This document shows, one piece after another, positions 28,760-36,690 of a DNA stretch of 64,000 bases. This DNA is from Candidatus Latescibacterota bacterium. GTDB taxonomy: Bacteria; Latescibacterota; UBA2968; GCA-2709665. The stretch spans positions 128,001 to 192,000 of the forward strand of contig CBDCOX010000002.1 of NCBI GenBank assembly GCA_965219995.1, given 5' to 3'. A program made the position numbers and the translations under genes. Positions within the stretch are counted from its first letter, which is position 1. The number at the start of each line of letters is the position of its first letter. Below the pieces are notes generated by a model. That model made no database searches and had not been told where the DNA came from. It saw only the letters and a program-made list of their open reading frames with translations.

Positions 28760-29872
28760 ATGAGGATTACCCGTGTATCCGCTATGGTATTGCGGCTGCC
28801 CGTTGTTACCGATGCCTGCGACGGAACGCAGGATACCTGTCTGATCAAGGTCGAAACCGACGCCGGAATCACCGGCTGGGGAGAGGTGGACTCATGCCCG
28901 ACGGCCGTCAAGGCAATTGTGGATGCGCCCCTGTCGCATCAGATCTGCAACGGACTGGCCAACGCCCTCTGCAATGAGGACCCGCTGGCGGTGGAAGCGT
29001 GTATGCATCGCATGACGGAAGCGGCGAACTATTACGGCGGAGGGGGCGTGGGGGTACACGCGATGGCGGGCGTCAACCTCGCATTGTGGGATATCGCGGG
29101 CAAGGCCCTCGACACGCCCGTCTACCGGCTGCTCGGCGGTCCCTTCAACAAGCGGTTCAGAGCGTATTGTTCAATCCTGTTCGGAGAAACGCCTGCGCAG
29201 ACCGGAGAGCTGGGGCGGAGGTTCGCGGGGGAGGGCTTCACGGCCGTCAAATTCGGTTGGGGACCGATGGGGAGGGACGAGAAGACGGACGTCGACCTCG
29301 TAAAGGAGGCGCGGCGAGGCGTGGGAGACGGTGTAGACGTGCTGATCGACGCGGGACAGGTCTGGGACTGGAAAACAGCCCTGAAGCGAGCGCGCCAGTT
29401 TGCGGAGTTCCAGCCGTTCTGGCTCGAGGAACCGCTTCAGCCGGGCGATCTGCGAGGTTACGCCAGACTGACGGCGGAGAGTCCGTTGCCCATCGCGGCG
29501 GGGGAAGCGGAAGCGCGGCTCGACGCCTTCGAGCGGCTGGTATCCGACGGCGGACTCGACTGGGTTCAGCCCGATCCTGGAAGGTGCGGCGTTTCTACGA
29601 TGGTTGAGGTGGGCAGGATGGCGCACCGCCGGCATGCCAGAGTGGTGAACCACAGTTTCAAGAGCGGGATTACGATCGCGGCGTCGCTGCATGCGCTCGC
29701 AGCGGTACCTGGCGGTGAGATGTTCGAGTACTGTATGTCGGAGTCACCGCTGCGCCATGATCTGACGCACGAACGGTTCGACGTCGTCGACGGGTTCGTG
29801 ACGGTGCCGGAGGGCCCCGGCCTGGGCGTGACGATCAACGCCGAGACCGTGGCTAAGTACCGCGTGGCGTGA
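28760..29872 (+). CDS. Mandelate racemase/muconate lactonizing enzyme family protein
   Basis: ETDAGITGWGE, LWDIAGK, LIDAG, WLEEP, AAGE, VQPD, PEGPGLG. Confidence 0.9.
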   Translation: MRITRVSAMVLRLPVVTDACDGTQDTCLIKVETDAGITGWGEVDSCPTAVKAIVDAPLSHQICNGLANALCNEDPLAVEACMHRMTEAANYYGGGGVGVHAMAGVNLALWDIAGKALDTPVYRLLGGPFNKRFRAYCSILFGETPAQTGELGRRFAGEGFTAVKFGWGPMGRDEKTDVDLVKEARRGVGDGVDVLIDAGQVWDWKTALKRARQFAEFQPFWLEEPLQPGDLRGYARLTAESPLPIAAGEAEARLDAFERLVSDGGLDWVQPDPGRCGVSTMVEVGRMAHRRHARVVNHSFKSGITIAASLHALAAVPGGEMFEYCMSESPLRHDLTHERFDVVDGFVTVPEGPGLGVTINAETVAKYRVA

Positions 29873-29883
29873 GAGGCATCCGT

Positions 29884-30780
29884 TCATCCGTCCGCCGGGC
29901 CCGGGTTTTCGTCCTGGAGCTCCCTTACGAATGCCGGGCTCAGGGCGCCCTGCGCGACCTCGGCCACGGGTCCCTTCATGGTCAGGCGGAAGTCGGGGTC
30001 GATCGCGACGTCGAGGGCGCCGCCCTGAGCGCAGACGGTTACCGGCGAATTCACCAGCCCCAGACGGACGGCCGCGCATGCGGCCGCGCAGGACGACGAT
30101 CCGGATGCCAGCGTTTCTCCCGCGCCGCGCTCCCAGATGAGAATGAAGATCTCGTTCGGGCCCGTGGGTACGGCCAATTGCACGTTGATTCGGTTTGGGA
30201 AGAGATCGTGATTCTCCAGGGCCGGTCCGAGTTCGAGCAGGTCGTCACGGGTCCACGTCTCGCTTGCGGGTCTGAAGATGACGCAGTGGGGGTTGCCCAC
30301 GCTGACGCCGGTGAATCTCAGATCGCGCCCCGCCGCTGCGATGGGACGTTGGATCAGCTCGTCCGCGTCCAGAGTGCAGGGCAGCGCATCGGGATTGAAA
30401 CTTGCCCGGCCCATTTCCACGGTTGCGAGGCTCGCGTCCCCGTGACGGTCCGGGTGGACCTCAATCTCCACGAGACCGCCCAGGGTATCAACCGTGAAGA
30501 TGATTTGCCGTGTTCTGTGCGTGGCATGCAGGAAGCGCGCGAAAATGCGCAGGCCGTTGCCCGATTTTTCGGCTTCGCTACCATCGGGATTGAAAATGCG
30601 AAGTCCGAAGTCCGCGCCGTTTCCGCGTTCCACGGTAAGGATGCCGTCCCCGCCGATGCCCAGGTTTCGGTTGCAGATCAGGCGGATATTCTTCGGGGTG
30701 AGCCTGAAGTCCAGGTCGGCCGGATCCATGACGATATAGTCGTTGCCGAGACCGTGGCCCTTATAGAATCCGTTCTTCAC
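29884..30780 (-). CDS. dapF: Diaminopimelate epimerase-like protein with Ser/Ser active site
   Basis: KGHGLGNDY, GIGGDG, NPDGSEAEKSGNG, VGNPHCV, FPNRINV, WERGAGETLASGSS. Confidence 0.85.
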   Translation of the reverse strand: MKNGFYKGHGLGNDYIVMDPADLDFRLTPKNIRLICNRNLGIGGDGILTVERGNGADFGLRIFNPDGSEAEKSGNGLRIFARFLHATHRTRQIIFTVDTLGGLVEIEVHPDRHGDASLATVEMGRASFNPDALPCTLDADELIQRPIAAAGRDLRFTGVSVGNPHCVIFRPASETWTRDDLLELGPALENHDLFPNRINVQLAVPTGPNEIFILIWERGAGETLASGSSSCAAACAAVRLGLVNSPVTVCAQGGALDVAIDPDFRLTMKGPVAEVAQGALSPAFVRELQDENPGPADG

Positions 30781-30860
30781 GGTACCCCCTGTAAACGTGA
30801 CGGCGGGGCCGGGCTGCGGGGCAGAAGACCGGCGATTCCGCAAACCGGCGCAGGCTGTTT

Positions 30861-31829
30861 TCACTTCCAGACGAGTACGACGCCCATCGTCTCCCCCAGA
30901 CGGGTATACAGCAAGTCGAACGCCTCCGCCGCCTCCTGGAAGGGAAAGCGGTGGGTGATCATGGCTTCGGCGTTGATCTTCTTCTCGCCAAGAAGCTTAA
31001 GGGCGCGGTCGGAGCCCTGCGATCGTTTGCCGCCGTCCGAATAACCGCCCACGATTCGACGTCCCTGGATCTTCCCCGAGTCGAGCGGCAATGGCTGGTC
31101 CTCGTACAAGCCGATCACCTGGATGAGGCCCTTTCGTTTCACCATATCCTGTGCCTGCGCGAAGGCGCCCGCGCCAGCGCGCCCGCCGACCGCTTCCACG
31201 ACGATATCCGCGCCCGCGCCGTCTGTCAGCCCTTTAACCGCCTTGACGGGGTCTTCGCTCGACGCGTCCACCACGTGGTCCGCCCCGAGACGTCCCGCCA
31301 GATCGCACCGGAGGGGCAGCGCGTCGACCGCGATCACGCGGGGGTTCGCCTCCGCGTTGAGCGCCTGCATACAGATGGAGCCCACGAGCCCCTGGCCCAG
31401 AATGGCCACCGTATCTTCCTCGCGGGCCTCGATTTCCCACATCCAGAGAACGGAACTGGTGCTCAGCGGCCAGAATGTCGCGGCTTCGGACGAAACCGCG
31501 TCCGGGAGATGCACGACCGGATCCTGGTGGCGTGAGCTCACGATTTCGACGGCCACGTATTCCGCGTGCGGCGCAATGGCCGCCACGCGGTCTCCGATAG
31601 AAAAGCCGTCCACCCGCGCGCCGACCGCCACGACGTCTCCCACGAACGAGTATCCCATGCTCTGATGGTCGATGGCTTCGGGTCGGATGTAGCGCCGCCA
31701 GATCTCGGAACCGCGGCTGATCAGACTGCATTCAGCGCGGATCAGCACCTCGGTGGGCGCGATTTCAGGTATCGGAACGTCTTCGATGACGATATTGTAC
31801 TCGCCTTCCGGCTTTGCAACACGTTTCAT
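30861..31829 (-). CDS. Medium-chain dehydrogenase/reductase, GYS subtype
   Basis: SLISRGSE, MGYS in place of GHE, GQGLVG Rossmann motif, GADIVVEAVG, ITHRFP. Confidence 0.85.
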   Translation of the reverse strand: MKRVAKPEGEYNIVIEDVPIPEIAPTEVLIRAECSLISRGSEIWRRYIRPEAIDHQSMGYSFVGDVVAVGARVDGFSIGDRVAAIAPHAEYVAVEIVSSRHQDPVVHLPDAVSSEAATFWPLSTSSVLWMWEIEAREEDTVAILGQGLVGSICMQALNAEANPRVIAVDALPLRCDLAGRLGADHVVDASSEDPVKAVKGLTDGAGADIVVEAVGGRAGAGAFAQAQDMVKRKGLIQVIGLYEDQPLPLDSGKIQGRRIVGGYSDGGKRSQGSDRALKLLGEKKINAEAMITHRFPFQEAAEAFDLLYTRLGETMGVVLVWK

Positions 31830-31876
31830 AACGGGATTCCCGAATTTGGAAAATTGAAGACTTCAGGCGCGGACGT

Positions 31877-32614
31877 TCAGTTCGCCGGCGTGAGGTCCTG
31901 GATATCGCGTCGATAGACCCATGTGCCCGCGCGGACGTAGTGAACGGCGAACGCCAGGCGGGGTCTGCCCCGGGACCGGTTCGCGTAAGACCCGTGGATG
32001 GTTCTGCCGGTAAAGAAGACCCCCGAGCCTCGCGGCACCGTAAGGAACGTGAGGTCATCCGGGCTTACGCCGGCGACTTCGTGCGAATGCATGGTTTCGG
32101 TCCACTCCATTCCGTCCGGCCCGCGCATGGCGTAGTCCTTCTCCCAGGAGGCGTGTTCCCTGCTGTCTTTCGGGGGCCGGGTTTCCCGGAGGGGGGCGAG
32201 GTGGCTGCCGGCGGCGACGCAGAGACCGCCGTTGTCTCTGTCCGTATCGTTCAACGCGAGCCAGCATGCCATGAGGGTGCCCGGTTCGTGCCGGATGTAG
32301 TGGGCGTCCTGGTGAAGCGCGATGCCGGTTCCGCCGGCCGGCGCCTTTGCCATGTACATGGTCTGGACGATCATCGGCCGTCCGCCCAGCAGCCGGGCCG
32401 CGACGCCGGCGATGCGGGGATGCGACGCCAGGTAACGCCATTGCGGGTCCGCGGTGTGCCTGCGCAGGCCGAGTTCCAGGACCTCCGGAGGCTTCGCTTC
32501 CGCCTGCGCCTGCAGGAAGGCGTCGATTTCACGCGGCGTCAGCAGACCGGGAACCTGAACGAAACCGTCCGTACGGTACGCTGCTTCCTGCTTCGGTGTC
32601 AGGGCGAGTCCCAT
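31877..32614 (-). CDS. PhyH-family Fe/2OG dioxygenase
   Basis: YRTDGF, LHQDAHY, DNGGLCVAAGSH, TIHGSYAN..R. Confidence 0.88.
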   Translation of the reverse strand: MGLALTPKQEAAYRTDGFVQVPGLLTPREIDAFLQAQAEAKPPEVLELGLRRHTADPQWRYLASHPRIAGVAARLLGGRPMIVQTMYMAKAPAGGTGIALHQDAHYIRHEPGTLMACWLALNDTDRDNGGLCVAAGSHLAPLRETRPPKDSREHASWEKDYAMRGPDGMEWTETMHSHEVAGVSPDDLTFLTVPRGSGVFFTGRTIHGSYANRSRGRPRLAFAVHYVRAGTWVYRRDIQDLTPAN

Positions 32615-32627
32615 CGCGGCTTTCGAT

Positions 32628-33572
32628 TCAGGTGAGGTCGCAGGGATTGGACCAGGCTTTCGTCCCGTCCGCTCCGATGACTTCGAATCGGACCCACCGT
32701 GCGCCCGGACGCAGGGTGAGCGTGGCGCTCGTAAAGGGTTTTTCCGAACTCCTGTACTCGGTACCGAACGTATCGCAGATGGCCAGGATACAACGGGATT
32801 CGGAGCATTCAACCGTGGCTTCCACCGGCCGTTTCCCGTCTTCGCTTCTGCGCAGGGTGATGTTTCGGATCTCGACGCCGGTGCTCGAATAGCTCGCGCC
32901 CCTTTCCAGCGCCTCGAGAATGGCCCCCGGTGAACGGTCCTTCACACGCACCATCGTCCAGCCGCCGTAGGTGTCGCGGTTTTCCGACTCGAGAGCGTGG
33001 GAGTCGTCGTTGGCCAGGGCGGGATACAGCCTGTTGCCCAGGTCCATCCAGTCATCCCAGTGAACGCCGGACTCACCCCGCCCCGCGCGCTGGCACGTTG
33101 TGTTGAAGACTTCCACGCCGGCAAATCCCTCGAGCGGCAGGGTGTCTCTGAGAATGTTCACCGAACTCCAGTACGGGTGGGCCAGCCACGTGCTGCCGCC
33201 CTGGTCCCGGACGGCGTCGATGACGTGCTGGGGCGGCATGGCCTCCGAGTCCAGGTCTTCGTGAATGTTCAGACAGAGAAAATGGTGTTTCTGCCCGCCG
33301 AAGGGATTGTCGGGATGCAGTTCGGCGCCCTGGATGAGCACAAAGTCTTCCGGACAGTCCACGGAGTCGATCCGGGTGATTCTGTAGTGGTCCGACAGAC
33401 AGAGAAAGTCATATCCCCGATTCACGTATCCGTCGAGGCGTTGCTGGGGCGATGCTCTGCCGTCGGAATTCGTCGTGTGGGAGTGGAGGTTGCCTTTCAG
33501 CCAGACGGAACCGTCGCCGGCATCCGGGCTGAAAGGATTTACGAGGTTGTGTTGCGGCGAATTGTCAGCCAT
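32628..33572 (-). CDS. PHP-domain metallohydrolase (CehA/McbA-like)
   Basis: WLKGNLHSHTTNSDG, LSDH, GAE, AHPYWS, EVFN, ANDDSH, KAWSNP. Confidence 0.85.
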   Translation of the reverse strand: MADNSPQHNLVNPFSPDAGDGSVWLKGNLHSHTTNSDGRASPQQRLDGYVNRGYDFLCLSDHYRITRIDSVDCPEDFVLIQGAELHPDNPFGGQKHHFLCLNIHEDLDSEAMPPQHVIDAVRDQGGSTWLAHPYWSSVNILRDTLPLEGFAGVEVFNTTCQRAGRGESGVHWDDWMDLGNRLYPALANDDSHALESENRDTYGGWTMVRVKDRSPGAILEALERGASYSSTGVEIRNITLRRSEDGKRPVEATVECSESRCILAICDTFGTEYRSSEKPFTSATLTLRPGARWVRFEVIGADGTKAWSNPCDLT

Positions 33573-33649
33573 GGAGACTCTCCGTAAGAATGTTGAAGGG
33601 TGTCGTCGAGGAGGAGTCCGCAATCCGTCCTGCCGACCCGCAACCCGCG

Positions 33650-34819
33650 TTACGTCCGGTCGACGATCGGCGGCAGGCCGGTTACGGGGCATGCCCGGGC
33701 GCCCCGGACCTCGTAACCCATGTCTTTGAGGATGCAGCTGATCTGGGATTCGAGCTTCAACAGATAGTCTTTTTCCTCGGCGCTCATGGTCTGCCGGGGC
33801 GGCCCTACGTCGAAACCGCGCACGGCCACACCGGTCTTGAAGCCCTCCGGGAAGTTCACGCCCAGCAGCATGAGGTTGATGAGGTCCAGTATGCGGTACT
33901 GCATGGTCTGTGCGTTCTTCAAATCGCCCGCAAGCGTCTTTTCGTAGATGTCCACGATGACTTCGGGAATGATGCCGGACGTCGCGATCGTGCCGCCGCT
34001 GGCGCCCATCATAACGGAAGGGCAGAGGATTTCTTCGCAGCCGACCAGGACCACGTACTCCGGACGCTGTTCGCGCAACCGGTGCATGGTGTTGATCAGC
34101 CTCGGCATGTCCCGGCTGGAGTCTTTGGTTCCCATGATGCGTTCGAACGGCAGCAGGCGTTCCATGACGTCCAGCGTGAGTTCCTGTGTGAATTGCGGAA
34201 TATTGTAGAGGAGGACGTCCAGAGGCGTCTGCCTGGCGATTTCCGCGAAGTATTCGAAGAGGCTGGTTTCCGAGATCTCGTAATAGTAGGGGGGGACCAG
34301 CGAAATGGCGTCGACGTCAATGCCCGCGTAGTATTCGCTCATTCTGAGCACGTCGCGCAGGTTGGCCTCGCTGGCGCCCGCAAGAACGGGCACGCGCCCC
34401 TGGTTGACGTTCGTGACAAGACGCACGACTTCCTTGCGCTCGTCGCTGGACAGGCGCACGAATTCGCCTGTGCTGCCATTGGGATACAACCCGTGGATGC
34501 CGGCTTCGATGAGCCAGTTGACGTAGCGCTCCATCTCGCCGTAATTGATGCGGGCATCGCTGTCGAAAATGACGATGTTGGGGCAGAAAATTCCCCTGAA
34601 TTCCCTCCGGGCGCCGGGGTTTCGGCGGTGGGGCGGCGCCGAAGTCCGCGAGCCGCCGGCTTCCGGCTCCTTTCTGGATACCTGCACCCGGTTGGCCGCA
34701 AGATAGTCCAGCGCCAGCGGCGTGAGCTTCGCCCGCGGGCAGATTTCGACCTCTCGCTCCGTGCCCAGTTTATCCTTGAGGAGCTGTTCGGTAACCACCG
34801 GATCGTCGATGCGTATCAT
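33650..34819 (-). CDS. DapA/DHDPS-family aldolase with BMC-associated N-terminal domain
   Basis: NGSTGEF, LLYNIP, GTKDSS catalytic motifs; N-terminal VVTEQLL..KLTPLALDYL domain plus linker. Confidence 0.85.
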   Translation of the reverse strand: MIRIDDPVVTEQLLKDKLGTEREVEICPRAKLTPLALDYLAANRVQVSRKEPEAGGSRTSAPPHRRNPGARREFRGIFCPNIVIFDSDARINYGEMERYVNWLIEAGIHGLYPNGSTGEFVRLSSDERKEVVRLVTNVNQGRVPVLAGASEANLRDVLRMSEYYAGIDVDAISLVPPYYYEISETSLFEYFAEIARQTPLDVLLYNIPQFTQELTLDVMERLLPFERIMGTKDSSRDMPRLINTMHRLREQRPEYVVLVGCEEILCPSVMMGASGGTIATSGIIPEVIVDIYEKTLAGDLKNAQTMQYRILDLINLMLLGVNFPEGFKTGVAVRGFDVGPPRQTMSAEEKDYLLKLESQISCILKDMGYEVRGARACPVTGLPPIVDRT

Positions 34820-34858
34820 GGCTTTCCCCGGGAGACGGACAGGGCATTCGGCGGCGGA

Positions 34859-36022
34859 TCAGTGGATCAGCCGCTCTTCCAGTGCGGGAAAGGGGTGCGG
34901 AATGAGATGGGCCGACACGAGTTCACCGTACCTCTCCGCTTCCTCGGCCCCGACTTGCAGGGCGGTGCGCACCGCGCCGACGTCTCCCCGGACAACGCTT
35001 GCCGTGAGAAAGTACCCGACCTTGTATCGACCCTCGAATTCCACGTCCGCGGACTTCAGCATCTGATCCACGGCTTTGACCAGGGCCACGGTACTGCGCG
35101 TCTCGATCAGACCCATGGCCTGATTCCCGCTCGTGGCTCTTACGGCCTCGCTTCGGCCGAAACAGGCCATGATTTCGGAAGACGGACGGGAAACGACACA
35201 GGATGCATTCAATTCTCCGGCCTCCTGCGCGCCGTCGACACCGGCGTCGACGGCCGCCTGGACGGCGTCCAGGCGGCCTTTCACCAGTGCGTCCACCCGG
35301 CCTCCGCTGGCGATGACAAGGCGCACGAGGTCGACGTCCGCCGCTTTGACCATGGCGTCGGAACCGCCGACCGCGCTGGCGTAACCCGTTGTTTCAAGCA
35401 CACCGAGCGCACCGGCGTCCGCCCGGGGTCCGTTTGAAACCGGTGGTCCCGGAAGCAGCGGCTCGACGCCCGCCTCCGGCCTCGGAATCATAAGGGTCGC
35501 GTAAACTTCCCCGACCTCATCGGCACACGCTTTGCCGGCCTGCAGGGCAGTCTGGACCGATGAAATGTCGCCCCGGACCACGAGATGAACCAGCGCGCCG
35601 CCAACGGACGTCCAACCGGCGACGCGAACGGGCGCGCTTTTGACCATCGCGTCGGCGCCGCGGATGAGGGGTACCATGCCCCGCGTTTCGAGGATGCCCA
35701 TCGCCCCCGCGCCGAACGGGCCTGTCGTGACCGCGTCCGTCCTGTGCGGCATGGACTCGAGGGCGCCCGGGACCGGTCCCGCGATAACGTCGGCGGTGAT
35801 CAGGTCGCCGTGGTTTACGGCTTCGGATCGTCCGGCTCGAATGGCGGCCTCAACTTCCGATACGACGCCTTCGATTACAACCGTCAACCAGCCCGATCCC
35901 ACGCCGTGACGTCCCAGAACCCGAACGTCCACGGTCTTCAGCATGGCGTCCACGGCCGCGACAAGCGCGGTCATGCCGCGGGTTTCCAGAATGCCCAGGG
36001 CGTGATTTCGCGGGGGCGCCAC
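34859..36022 (-). CDS. BMC shell protein with four tandem PF00936-like domains
   Basis: Four ~97-aa repeats starting ALGILETRG, AMGILETRG, ALGVLETTG, AMGLIETRS, each with D-x-M-x-K (DAMLK, DAMVK, DAMVK, DQMLK). GTG at 36022. Confidence 0.9.
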   Translation of the reverse strand: MAPPRNHALGILETRGMTALVAAVDAMLKTVDVRVLGRHGVGSGWLTVVIEGVVSEVEAAIRAGRSEAVNHGDLITADVIAGPVPGALESMPHRTDAVTTGPFGAGAMGILETRGMVPLIRGADAMVKSAPVRVAGWTSVGGALVHLVVRGDISSVQTALQAGKACADEVGEVYATLMIPRPEAGVEPLLPGPPVSNGPRADAGALGVLETTGYASAVGGSDAMVKAADVDLVRLVIASGGRVDALVKGRLDAVQAAVDAGVDGAQEAGELNASCVVSRPSSEIMACFGRSEAVRATSGNQAMGLIETRSTVALVKAVDQMLKSADVEFEGRYKVGYFLTASVVRGDVGAVRTALQVGAEEAERYGELVSAHLIPHPFPALEERLIH

Positions 36023-36027
36023 GGCGC

Positions 36028-36585
36028 TCAGGGACCGAATGCCCGCAGGACGTCGGGCAATGGTCTGGTGATGAGGGCGGCGCCCAGGAAGTTCTCGCCG
36101 GCCTCGACGCTCGTGCGGCCCACGGGCAGGGCTTCGGTCACGGAAGCCACGTCGCCAAGTATCAGGGAGCAGACCACCCGGTTGTGTACGGTGAGCACGT
36201 TGTAGACCTGGACGTCGGCCGCCTTCACCATTTTGTCGTTGGCGGTGACGTGGGCGCCATATCCTCTCGTTTCGATCATACCCAGCGCTCCGGACGGTGT
36301 CCGCCGTGGGGATGCGACTGCATTCGAGACGTATTCCCTGCAAACGGGTTCAGGATGCGTCATTGGCGCCGCCACGACGTGGTCCGCCACCTCTTTGGCC
36401 GCCTGTTCCCCGCTCCTGAGCGCCGTTGCCACGCGGCTGATGGATCCGCCGAAGAAAACGGTGGTGAATCCACCGATGGACTCCCAACCCAGAAGATCCA
36501 CGCCAGCGGCTTTGCAGGCCGCGTCCGACGCCAGAATAATCCCGGCGACGCCTTCGACTTCGATCATGCCGATCGCTGCTGACAT
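36028..36585 (-). CDS. BMC shell protein with two tandem domains (BMC-T-like, non-permuted)
   Basis: AIGMIEVEG..DAACK and ALGMIETRG..DKMVK..GDVASV..RP. Confidence 0.9.
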   Translation of the reverse strand: MSAAIGMIEVEGVAGIILASDAACKAAGVDLLGWESIGGFTTVFFGGSISRVATALRSGEQAAKEVADHVVAAPMTHPEPVCREYVSNAVASPRRTPSGALGMIETRGYGAHVTANDKMVKAADVQVYNVLTVHNRVVCSLILGDVASVTEALPVGRTSVEAGENFLGAALITRPLPDVLRAFGP

Positions 36586-36690
36586 GCTTCCATCCAGGTG
36601 CAGTTAGACCAAACGGCCCGGATCGATCGAATCAATCCGCCAAACGGGATACCGGTCCGGCCAACGTCAAGGGCCATCGCCGGACGGCGC

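Noticed and set aside
36023-36343. Six-domain single BMC polypeptide by frameshift or sequencing error
   Set aside because: The frames overlap, so fusion is formally possible, but the upstream gene ends cleanly after its second domain, a GTG follows 5 nt later and no slippery site is evident. Read mapping would settle it.
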